A DNA stretch of 63,931 bases, the filler included, from Sphacelaria rigidula (Eukaryota), in assembly GCA_964200075.2 (NCBI GenBank). It is 8 parts of 8 records of this genome, joined end to end, with 100 filler letters (N's around TTAATTAATTAA, not from the genome) between each part and the next. Parts side by side here need not be neighbours in the genome. Positions count along the whole stretch, not along the records: positions 8,006 to 15,910 come from CAXNAA020013029.1; positions 16,011 to 23,914 come from CAXNAA020013030.1; 6 more parts are not named here. One strand, 5' to 3'. Positions 12,972 to 23,914 of this stretch are shown piece by piece. The translations under genes were made by a program, and so were the position numbers. Numbering within the stretch: position 1 is the stretch's first letter; each line of letters begins with the position of its first letter. The notes beneath the pieces are model-generated. The model was given only the letters and a program-made list of their open reading frames with translations. It did no database searches and was not told the DNA's origin.

Positions 12972-13018
12972 GCTGTCATCCCATCTATTCTGGATGCCAG
13001 TCTACACCTTTCGGTGTA
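12972..13018 (-). repeat. Short high-copy dispersed repeat (CGAAAGGTGTAGACTGGCGTCCAGAATA.ATGGGA.GACAAC consensus)
   Basis: Copies lie at 12972 (-), 19848 (+), 24015 (+), ~25327 (+), 35087 (+) and 48351 (-), spanning five contigs. They are often followed by (AC)n. Confidence 0.8.
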
Positions 13019-13430
13019 TATGGGCGCATATCGCCGCGCCACGATGGTGTTATGGTTCGACTGTCACCATAAGGGTGGAGAGAACGACGAATCGAACCCC
13101 GATGAGTTGGGTTGTTTTTTCGAAGTATGTGATTTTCATCGTCAGAAGCACTAGTACGCGAGTAAACTAGGAGTGGTTGACTTGAGTTTTTTCGCGAGAG
13201 TTGACGCGGTGCGGAAGTGACGACCTAATCCGCGAGACCAAACGCAAGGCGTGTACTGGGGAGAGATTGGTTGAATCCTTGAGATAACAGACTCGTCCCG
13301 AGAAAGGGGAGGGATTCAAAGTGCGAAAAGTAAAGAAAAAAAAGCCGGGGCCCCACAGGACTGTCAACGCGGGAGTTTTTGTTTTTGTTTTGTTGTAGCG
13401 CTCCACCCTCCTTGTGCAGTGCTTGCCTCA

Positions 13431-13632
13431 TTATTTTTTACGAGAAGGGTTTAGTGGTCCTTTTCCCTCGTCGATCGTGAAGTCGAATTCCGCGTACTCA
13501 CGGGATAGTCGCTCTCCACTGTTGGGCATAACGTGATAAAAAATCCCAGACCATATGACTTCACCGAGATTCGAAGCCACGTCCCAATTTTCAGAAGGTT
13601 TCGAGGTTACCAACTGAGCCACCGGGGCGACC
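13431..13632 (-). mobile_element. tRNA-headed SINE
   Basis: The minus strand reads GGTCGCCCCGG-TGGCTCAGTTGG (A box)...GCTTCGAATCT (B box)...ATGCCCAACAGTGGAGAG core...CGTAAAAAATAA tail. A second copy is at 19003. Confidence 0.75.
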
Positions 13633-13767
13633 AGTAATGTGTGTATGCACTATAATATACGGCTTATACCGTTTCTTACTGTTATCTTTTTGGGGGGGGC
13701 GTACTTTCCACTTTTGGCGCATTTGACGCAGTATTTGTTCCCCTAACAGGGATTCTCGCACTTTGCA

Positions 13768-13986
13768 CCGCCCCACCGAGAGGAATTTTGCCCACTTTCC
13801 CGATTCGCTTGGCTCCGAAGTGTTCAGAACGGGACTCTGAATAAAAATACAGCTGAAAGAAAAATGAGGTGTCTGCAGGTCGTGAGCATGTTCGTTTCCA
13901 GGTGTAGCTTTGTTCAGAGACCGTTCTCGACCCCTGAGAACCCAACGAATCGGAAAAGGTGCGCTAGATTCCTCTGGGTGAGACGG
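13768..13986. mobile_element. Degenerate MITE with ~45-bp terminal inverted repeats
   Basis: Left end is CCGCCCCACCGAGAGGAATTTTGCCCACTTTCCCGATTCGCTTGG. Reverse complement of the right end is CCGTCTCACCCAGAGGAATCTAGCGCACCTTTTCCGATTCGTTGG. Confidence 0.6.
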
Positions 13987-15497
13987 ACGGTCTTGGTGGG
14001 TTGATGATGTTCCATGAGAAGTTATTCCAACACGAGATGGACCGAGAAGCCGCTGATGGTTGCCACGCCGGCGATTAACGCAGAGGACTCTCTTGTCACC
14101 AGAGGAACCGCCGCGCGCGTGTTGATTCCGGTGCCGCCGCAATGACGGAGAATATACTGTGAAATAATCTGATGAATGTGTCATACTTGGTGGGGCTATC
14201 ATGATTGCCGTGATGATTACCTTTCGAGCCGTGACAGAAAAAAAGAGTTACATTTTGGGCAGGTTTCGATACCTACGGGATCTGTAGTTCATTCTATGTA
14301 TGCACCCACGGGGCCCCACGACCTAATTCTATGAGGTATCATCCCTGTTGATGGTGAGTCATGAGCAGGCGCAACCACGGTTGACCGTGGGCCACCCATG
14401 CGCTTCCTTTCAATTCTGATCCAGGGGCGCTCCTCGTCATGGTTATCGCTGACTGTCTACCCAATGCTCAAGTTGTACGGAAGATCTCATGAGGTTGTGC
14501 GAGGTTTAGCCCCTGTAACGTTACCCTAGAAACACGACACTTTCTGAGTATACAAACGGCTTCCAAGGGTTTCATGTCATAGGGAGCCCACCCAGCGTCA
14601 TCGGTAGCTTCCCTTCTTCCATCGCAGCTATGTAAAACTTTGCACGATGTATCGATCAGTGGCGATATCTCTGATGCTTCCCGACGCTCTTGCCGCACAA
14701 TACGAACAAACCTGGAGGTATTTATGTTCAACCTGTCTACACAAGAAATCGGTGCAACTGGTGCCGATTGAGCAACCCGATATGGTCGACGTGATACGCT
14801 TGATACCACCCATGATTTGGGCTAATTATCGTGGCCCCGAATATTATTTAGCCCCTACCAGAATGCAGCTTCCTGCTTAGCAGCGAAGATCATTCTTTAC
14901 ACCCTTACACGCATAAAGATCACTAAGGGCGGGGAAAGAAGTAAGGGCAATGCGCGATAAAAAAAGTAACTGGCGAAACGGAATTTCAAATTTATTTGCT
15001 GGGCGGCTGGAAAATGACAGAAGACGCCGAAAATAGATGTCGGGGGTGTTGATGGCCATTCGCATGTATACAGTCGGGTGTTTCTGGTCAATAAGATACC
15101 GGTCCGATTGTCGGTGAGGAAAGCGATTTGGAGGAAAAGACACCCCCCGGCCCAGCCCCGGCAGAGAAAAGACTAGCTCGCTGTCATTGTTGTTGTTGTT
15201 GTGCCCGCGCTCTGCATCACGACCATCACACGCACCCCATCATCGAAAAGAAGAGTCTCGATCTCCCCCCAAGAGTAGTAGTTTTAGTCGGCATACGGCA
15301 CGCAGATAGCCGCTCGCTCTCTCGCCCGCCTAAAGTCACATCAACTGTTGTTCTGATTCTTGGCTACGCATCGTCTTGTGCCGTGACGGGAAGGCGTCAG
15401 CGTGATAATTTTCGGAGGACAAGTCACTTGACGACTACACATACTCTACTACTACTGCTGTAGTACCCGTTCAAGTAACATCAGCGTACGAATAGTT

Positions 15498-15698
15498 ATG
15501 AGCTCTCAGGAGCATGCAGGACAGGCAGGAGGTCTTTCGTCAACGACGCCTTCGGCAGCATCAATGGTTTCTGAGATGGACGGGCCAGGAAAGCTTACGA
15601 CGAAAGACTTCGGAGAGCTGACGGGAGCAACCTTTCACGTGCTAGGCCAGGGGGGGTTCGGTCACACGTACCGGGTCGACGGTGGCGGGAAATTTCAT
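15498..15698 (+). CDS. Probable first coding exon of a protein kinase
   Basis: ATG-initiated MSSQEHAG...FHVLGQGGFGHTYRV contains the GxGxFG glycine-rich loop and is followed by a GTGAGA donor at 15699. The rest of the gene lies beyond the contig end. Confidence 0.55.
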
Positions 15699-17293
15699 GT
15701 GAGAATACTCATACTTTAGGAGGGCGCGCGCGGTGGGGGTGGGAATGCATGGGGGAGGGAAAGGGTCACTTCCCACTCAATTGATACTGGCAAGAGAGTA
15801 GGTGGTATCATTGTTCGTAGGATAGCCTGCGGTGGTCAGTAAGATACACCTAGTCAGGGCAAGGTACAACAGTCTAGTGATATACCTGTTTGAGTTCCGG
15901 GTACTACGCGNNNNNNNNNNNNNNNNNNNNNNNNNNNNNNNNNNNNNNNNNNNNTTAATTAATTAANNNNNNNNNNNNNNNNNNNNNNNNNNNNNNNNNN
16001 NNNNNNNNNNGCCCCATGTGCCCGACAAGTGGGCAACATCCCCGTACAGACAGTAGCAATGCTAGCGGATAAAAGATCCTGACAGTCTGGTAGCAGGCAA
16101 GGTAGTTATGGTAGTGCCCTTCTACCGATATCAACTTACAGTGCACTGCTGTAGACTTCATCGGTGAATATTTTGGCGATTGCCTCACCCGCAGTTCGCC
16201 CAGATGTAGTGGATTTTTCCACGATCTCACCGCACCAGATTATGTGTGAAAATGTATCAGATCCTGCATTATATGTTGAAATGTCCCAGACCCTGGACGA
16301 AGATTCTACAGTCAGTACGAACACGGTATTCAAAGTGTACTGCGCACAGCATAAAATATAGTGCCGACTATAATTTGTATAACACTCGTACCTCAAGTCG
16401 GTGACTGCAACGCTACACTTCGAGACAACAGTGTGTAAAAATATCCAGGGTATGAAATGCTACAGGCGACGTTCGCGCCATAGCGGCTGTGTTTATCATA
16501 CAGCTTCACCCAAGATACAGGCAGCCATGACAGCAGCAGAGGCAGCCCTTCACTCCTGCGTGCGCCACCTGGGGCAAACGCACGCTGTAGCTGCAGCACG
16601 GAAAGCTTTACAAAATGTGTCGTCGCGATATAGGGCATAGCGAAGGGTGATATCCCGCGTACACGTTGACCGCAGATACAAGCGGTTGCGTGCATGATGT
16701 GGCAAACTGCATAGGACAGCGCGAAATCAATGCAGCACAAGGATAGGCTAAGGATGTGACGCTCTGTGGTGTGCTTTTTCACTCTGCACCCTGCCGCTGT
16801 GCAGTGAGCAGGTAGTACCACCGAAGGCGTAACCCCGCGGTTGGTACGCAGTGTCGAACACATAGCAGCAAACAAAATATTTAATGTACAACAGACAAGG
16901 ATGTGTGTTTCAAGACCGATGTGCACAGAGTGGGACCCGTATCTAGATAACCCTGCACCAACTCGCCTTGTTCTAGCGGATACAGAAATCTTTTCAGCAA
17001 AACCTGCTTGCGACGTGTGCTGTAACGAATCTCATGCGTAATGCAGCTTTCTCCCATGTGCGGCATCGCCCGTGAAGCGAGCTATTGAGGCTAACAATGT
17101 CTAACCCTCTTCCCACGATGACCTCCTGTCTGAGCTCGAGATAATTGAAACTGCGGAACATGACTTCAACTGGTAGAACGTACACTTCACCGTCATACAC
17201 CGCCTCCATAACATTGAAAAGGAATAACACTGTGAAGCACAATCTTTTAGGATTTGAAAATTCATGGCAAATTTAAAGTGTCACCGCTTGTAT

Positions 17294-17600
17294 GTAACGT
17301 AATATGGAACGTTTAATGTAACGTGTAACGTCTACTACACGTTATACGAGCTTAGATGTTAGACGTTACACGTTCTATGAAACGTTTTATATCACGTGTT
17401 TTGAACGTTCGGGCAATTTAACGTTCACGTTACGTTACGCATGTCACGGAAAAAAAAATCACGTTACGTTAACGTTTCATTTGAAAATTTGACGTTACGT
17501 TGACGTTACGTTCATCACGTGTTTTTTTTTACGTTCACCTTACGTTTCGGCCAAAAAGTAACGTGTAACGCTATGGTACGTGTAAAGTGTATATCCTTGG
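17294..17600. repeat. ACGT-motif-dense tract, probably a subterminal region of a non-autonomous DNA transposon
   Basis: I counted 25 ACGT cores in ~290 bp, mostly as TAACGT/ACGTTA variants. The tract ends ATATCCTTGG. Confidence 0.6.
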
Positions 17601-18117
17601 GAAAATATTGTATCAACATTTATGTTTACAGATAGTGATGAAACCATCGTTGCTGTGGAGGTCGTGGAACTCCCGGTGACGGTAGCAACCGTCGAAGGTG
17701 GTCGATGATTTTCCTCGTGCTATGTAGTCAAGGATTGACATTAAGTCGTGGGGTTTAGATTAGTAGATCAAATGGGAGAGCTCGACGAGCGCGAGCAAGT
17801 AACCCAGAGGTTCTTCAGGGTTAGCCAGCAGTTCGCTGGAAACTGTTACCTTGCGGTCCCAGATCCGGCTGTACAGATATGGAAGTTCCGGGGCTCCCGG
17901 GAACTACCCCTGTGACAGCCGTTCACGAGGTTACGCGTCATGAAAGGAAATCTCTCCGCACATGCCAAAAAGGCGATCTCCACCTTCCCCCCGGAAAGAT
18001 ATTTTTGTTGCAGAAGAAGTGGGCATGTGTTCGTGTAAGCGGAGCGTTGCAATCTTGGTAGCTCATGAGTAGGAAAGCACGCTTGGTCACATCAAATTCA
18101 ACACAAGTGCTTCTCAC

Positions 18118-21100
18118 CTGTGTGCCTTCCGGGGAGAGCTGCCCCCCTTCCTCGCGCCAGCCGTCCCACCCCCGACCTCTTCGCGCCTCGTCGACTCCTC
18201 CGCCGTGTGCCTCTAGACCGGATGACAGAGACTTCAACTGGGACTATTTTCACGCAGTTGTCGCGGCAGGAACAAGACAAACCGGCACCAAAAATGTGTT
18301 GATGATCTCGCATCGGACAATGAATGAGTCGTGTTGTCCTCGAACGATGTTTCGAGTTACCTTCGCCTCCCTTTGAGTACTGTCGTATCACCAAAAGGTA
18401 GCGGTGTTTCCTCAGCACGATGTCAACCGTTGGCCGCCAGGCTGGATCATCTGCTGAATCGGTATCATTTCACTTGAAACGTGACTCCCTAACCCAGATT
18501 ACTCATTCACCCTGGCGGGCGGTCACAGGGTTAACGGCATCAATGACGGGACAGCTACCGAAGGTGATCAATTGGCGGAGAACACAAGCGTAACCCCTTC
18601 CTACTTTTTTTCCGTCGGGAGAGACAGACGGTCAAGTCAGGAAACGGATCAACTAACGCACACCTCCCCTTACAAGTACGCATATGCACCAGTCCCAACA
18701 GGCGAATCAAATCGTATACAGTGCAAAATGATGGGACAAAGGAACGCAACCGTGTGGCTTCCACGAGCAACATACCCTCCCTCACCTTCTCGAGAGACAG
18801 AAGAAGTGCCGCCTCTGTGAGAAGAGGAAAATGTTTCTCCGGTCTCCGTCGCGCGAGCGCGCTGAACGGTTCCATCAGAACCTTCAGATCTGCCCGCAGC
18901 TGGAGACCCTGTGCGTTCAGTGCGTGCGCGTGTGGACGTGTGCCACCACAAATGCGGGAATGTAGGCGCAGCGTGTATGAAACAAACCTTTTGTGAATTG
19001 CCGGTAGCCCCCGTAGCTCAATCGGCAACCTCTGAACCTCTTGAAGTTCAGAATTTAGGTTCGAATCTGAAGCCACACGATCTGGGATTGTTTTCCACAT
19101 CATGCCCAACAGTGGAGAGAGACTACAGTAGTCAGCGTCAGAAGTATGCAGAATTCGTAATTTCTTGATTTCTCGGAGATTTTCCAGATTTGTTTTGCTT
19201 GCCACCGCCCATCACAGTGACTGTTGGATGCCAAAAAATGGGCATCTGGAGATATTTTAATCCTCTTTTAATCACTGCGTTAAAGCCGGAAAAACCATGT
19301 TTCTTGGACCATCTACAGTCAATAACACCCTCTTCATAGACGGAGTCTTAATTCCGAACCGCCCCCACAACACCAACTTGGGCATTGTGATTTGAGTACG
19401 GTCTGCTTATTTTGCCAAAACTATCGACGCTAGCACTTTCGGGTGCTTATGGAAAACGTTATGCGAAAAAAACGAAAAGGGGTCATCCGCAGAAAATGCT
19501 AGACTGAGGTATATGCAGTATAGGAGGGAAACACGATCTCGATCGTTATTGTGAAGAATTATATAAATATTCATTCATCTGAATATTTACCGTTTCGTTA
19601 CGGAAGAGCCGGAAAACTGCTTTCATTGGACCAAAAACGGTCAATAACACCCTCCTGATAAACGGGGTATCTAGTCCGTATCGCCCTAAAAACACCAACT
19701 TGGGCACTGCAGTTTGAGCGCGGCCTAGGCTTTCCCCCTACCGGCGCTAGCACTTTCAAGTAGTAATGAAGAATAGGACTTGAGAAAAACTCAAAAACTG
19801 CAACAACTACGGATTCTGAAAACTTCTGATGCTGACTACTTGTATACCGAAAGGTATAGACTGGCGTCCGGGATAAATGGGATGACAAAACACACACACA
19901 CACCACATACACATACCCTTTCATTGATGGCCATATTCAAACTGTTCGAGTGCCCCTAATCGCTCTCCGAGTACGTGCTATTTGCCAGCACTCGTTTGTT
20001 GTTGAGGGCCAGTGAGAGTTCAAGTATAGGGTGGAACTCGTCCCCATCACCGCCCAGACACTCGCACGGCTACGCGATAAAGTACAGGTGATGCACTGAA
20101 CGAATAAAAATCACCTCGTCTTGGGTCACTTCCTGCCTCCGGGGCACAATTTGGTTGAGTACAACCGCATCCAGCTCGCTCGCCAGGCCAGTCCACCATT
20201 GGCGGAACTGTGGCTGCTCGAACAAGTGCGGTGGTTGACGCGTAAGATGGGGAGGGGAGGAGTAAGGGGCGACCACGCAGGAAGCAAAAGGGAAGAGGTT
20301 TGTGGAAGTCCCCCACTCCGTCATCCTGTACACAACTTTTCGTTGCGCTCTTGATATGCGCGCCCGATTTGCGCCCTCTTCTCCATCCTCGGCCGCCGCC
20401 CCTCTCAGTTTGTTGTTCATGTCTCTGTATCTGTTTTCATCTCTCCGGGGCCCTGTCTTTCTCCCTGTTCCCTCCTCTTTTGATAGCTTTACTTACAAAC
20501 TCACCGACGGTAGCGCTCCTTCCGCTACCCTCATCGCCGTAAGCAATAGATCTATCCCGACCGCTAGCTTCCCAGAAGCTTCCGCCGCCGCGGCTGACAG
20601 CCCCGCCGCGGCTGACAGCCCCGCCGTGGCTGCAGGGACAACAACAGCTAACCCCCGGTCCCAGGAACGCAAATATGATCTCGTGCACCATAAAAAGCCG
20701 TCACGGCAGGCCTGCGACGACAACCCAACACATTCAACAAGGAAGATCAACTCGTTACCAACAGAGAAGACAAACCGTGGGGAACATCACCCCCCCTCCC
20801 CGTCGAAACTAGTGCTCCGTCTCGAGAGGGATGCGTGGTCAATGGTCAAATGACTAAGGCAAGCAACAAATGAGTACGCCCCCCCCCGTCGAAACTAATG
20901 GTCAATGGTCTGATGACTATGGCATGCATGATCATGAGTACACCCCCCCCCGTCGAAACTAGTGAGTCACGAGCACATGAGACGGGAGAGGTACGAGTAC
21001 TCCAGGAGTCTTCGCGGAGGAGGGGTGGGGCGGGGTCATGACTGCGATTTGAGCCCTGGCCCTTTCTACTGCGCTCGTACCCACCCCTTATCCCGTGAAG

Positions 21101-22893
21101 GGTCTCTGGGGTTTCCCTGGGGTGTCCCCTGGTGTGTGCCTGGTGCGGCTGTATGAGCCCACGTCCTCCCAAAACCCGACGCACGAAATGAGTACGGTAC
21201 AGCAGACACGCCCAAACAACAATTCGACACTCACAGCTATCGCACTCTGCACCATGGCGTCCCGCATGAGCCCGTATCTTTCAGCCTCCTCCCCGAACAC
21301 AGACCCTCCCCCATCCACTTCGCCGTCCCCTGCCACCGCGGTAACCGCCTCCGCCCCGCCGGCATCAGCGATACCACCACCGCTCTTCTCCGCTGCAGCC
21401 CCAGCAATAGCAACAGCGACGTCTTCCCGTTTCGGTACACCGCTCACTGCCGCAAACACAACCGTGGTATCACGTCCACTCTCGCCGCTGTGCGCATCGG
21501 CCTCTAGCGCGCTATACCCGGCTACGACGAAATTTCGATCTCCTTCCCCGCCACCGCCCATACCGCCGTGAGAATCCGCAGCGCCTGCTCGGGGCAACCC
21601 GGTCGAACCACTGACGACATCATCTTCGGTGAGTGTCGCTTCTGCATCGGGGGTCTCACCATCTGCGGTAGGAGCGCCTGAATACGAAGCGTGTCGCACG
21701 ACCCGGCGCGCGGCGCGCGTTGCGCCTTGTAGCGTGGTGAGGGCCGCGGAGATGGCGTGCGTGGGGCCGATGATAGTGTTGGTCTGCGTGTTCCCTCCTA
21801 CGGCGCGGACGACGCCTGCTGTCGCTGCATTTAGTGGTTGACGATGTGTGAGGGGAAAAGAAGGAACATGGGATGGTGGAGTGATGCCGCGATAGCCTTT
21901 CCCCTCCCCCCCCCTCCACCCGAGAAAAACTGCGGGTCTGAGGAGGCAAAATCTACATACGAATCAAAAAGACAAAAGCCGAGCACACCGAGTAGTTGGG
22001 AAATCCCACGCTGGGGATCATTTTTGTCAATGTTGCCCATGCGAGGTGCTCCATGCAGTCTAAACCCAGGTGTCATGCGCTGAATGATCATTTTTTTCGT
22101 GACAGTTTTGGGGCTGGTTTCGGGGATAGCAACCGCGGCTTCACTCGATGGAAGAAGCGAGAGGGCGGGAACGGATGGAGACGAACATTATGTATGCAGG
22201 AGACGACTGAAGAAAGATGAATAGGAGAGGCTGCTTAAAGCACGGCAAACATGCAGGAGTCCCCAGGGGAGATGTGTATGATATTGCCACAACTATTGAA
22301 CAACGATAGGGGAGGGTACTGTTCTAAACTTGGTGTTTAAAGCATGACCTTTTGATGCATATGTACTCGATACGTGCCATACAACACGAGATGCAGACAG
22401 GAAACGATCCGGTCACTTCCCACACGAGTGTGCCAACAACAAGGCGCTGTATAGACACAGCGTTTCGGCTTGTTGAGTTCGTGTACGAATCCGATCAGCA
22501 GTCCGAGTATGCAGTCACCGTCTTGTGGATGATCTACATGGCTCTACAGCACGCTATATGAAAAGGTTGTATCTCCAACGTTGTTCCAAACAGCAGACAA
22601 CTACGGTACACCACGTCGACTTAGCATACTACATTCTACAGCAGGGGGCGCCGGGATAATGTACCAGGTGAACCAAACATGAGCTGCGAAATCCAACAGA
22701 TATTCTTCCGGTTCACTGGTGACTCCGATTCTACAAGATATGAATTGAATTGCAGTGAACGACCTTTTCTTGCGATACCTGTCTCCGCGCTGGTAGCGAC
22801 GGTCGTTACCGCTTGCGAAACGCCCCCAACTGCAGCCCCTACTACCGTTCCCACGGCCGCTAAGGACGCCGATGTTGGCCCCAGGCTCGCCAC
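18118..22893 (-). CDS. RINT1: RINT-1/TIP20/MAG2 family tethering-complex subunit, C-terminal part, spliced
   Basis: Exons are 22893-22779, 21824-21235, 20711-20505, 20213-20115, 18908-18786 and ~18237-18118, with AG/GT boundaries and matching phases. The peptide ACRDGFLWCTRSYLRSW...GIDLLLTAMRVAEGALPSPQFRQWWTGLASELDAVVLNQI...GLQLRADLKVLMEPFSALARRRPEKHFPLLTEAALLL matches the RINT1/MAG2 C-terminal pattern (F..W..LA..LD; RPE..FP.L.E...LL). The last exon was not found. Confidence 0.8.
19003..19125 (+). mobile_element. tRNA-headed SINE, diverged 5' part (RINT1 intron)
   Basis: It has a TAGCTCAATCGG A box, a TCTGAAC-loop-GTTCAGA stem and a GGTTCGAATC B box. These are followed by TCTGGGATT...ATGCCCAACAGTGGAGAG.GACTA, shared with the 13431 copy. 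Confidence 0.65.
20812..20951 (+). mobile_element. Two stacked, extremely 5'-truncated non-LTR 3' ends (family A then family B)
   Basis: 20812-20878 matches the LINE terminus at ~33503-33569. About 20898-20942 matches the family-B terminus. The two pieces are separated and flanked by three copies of CCCCGTCGAAACTA. Confidence 0.8.
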
Positions 22894-23139
22894 CTGGGAA
22901 CGGATAACAACAGTCCGACGCACCCATTCGAAAGCAGGACATAGCACTTCCGTAAAAACTTGAATACACTAGGAACGGATGCTCTCAAAATGTTCACAGA
23001 ATCTCGGCACGGCGAATCAGTATTGCAACGGCCGCCTCTCGCTGTACATTGCCTATACCCCCATACTACAGGACAGGGGGCAGGTAGAGGTACGAGAGTA
23101 CTAAAACGAACCAAAACCACAGTCTCGTGGGGGCGGGGG

Positions 23140-23914
23140 CGGGGTGGGAGGGGTAGTCATGATCTTGTATGCCATAGTCATATGGCCATTGACCTCGCAT
23201 CCCTACAAAGCGGGGACCAAGCACGCCGGTTTTTCGCCGGACCAAGTTCGCAATCACCAAGCGCGAAGCGCCGTGATGTGCTCCGTGTTCACCGTCACAA
23301 GGGGGGGGGGGGGGGGGGTAAAGGGGACTGATCTACTTCCCCCGTTCCCTCCCACATATGCACGGTGCTCCGTCTCGAGAGGGATACGGGGTCAGTGATT
23401 AAACGACTAAGGCAAGCAACAAATGAGTACGCCCCCCCCCCACACACACATACGCACACACCTCGCTGGCTGTGCTTGCTCCGGCGGCAGATGCTTTTAC
23501 CGCCACCTCGCTCATCTCCGCAAAAAGCAAGTCGTCCTCAGAATCTCGCAGAACGGCGCACACATACGCACACGAAGAAGCTGCCAAGCAGTAGCTCCTC
23601 CATCGCCCAATCGGAGTCTTCAAGGTTTGCCGTTACACCGCCAGGGGAGGGGTGGGGTGGGGATCAAGTAACGCAAAGCAGACAAACTTTGAGGCCGAGC
23701 CAGGTGACTTTATCAAGTATACCCTTGAAATGCGTAGGGGCACGAGGAGAAACGGGGGGATGGGAAAGAGGGGGGTACTCACGGTATTGCATGTTGTAGT
23801 CATCAGACCATTGACCTCGCATCCCTACAAAGCCGGGACGGATCACGCCGGGTTTTCGCCGGACCAGGCTTGCACTCAATCACCCAGCGCGAAGCGCCGT
23901 GGTGTGTTCGACGA
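23140..23914. mobile_element. Cluster of truncated non-LTR 3' ends: family B (-) 23140-23290, family A (+) 23363-23440, family B (-) 23765-23914
   Basis: Direct sequence similarity to the other copies. Each ends next to a G/C homopolymer run. Confidence 0.75.

Noticed and set aside
19003-19080. Functional tRNA gene
   Set aside because: The loop in the anticodon position is 8 nt and there is no proper acceptor stem. It continues into sequence shared with a SINE copy.
18555-19205. 216-aa ORF as a standalone gene
   Set aside because: Only 18908-18786 is exon (RINT1). The rest is intron plus an antisense SINE.
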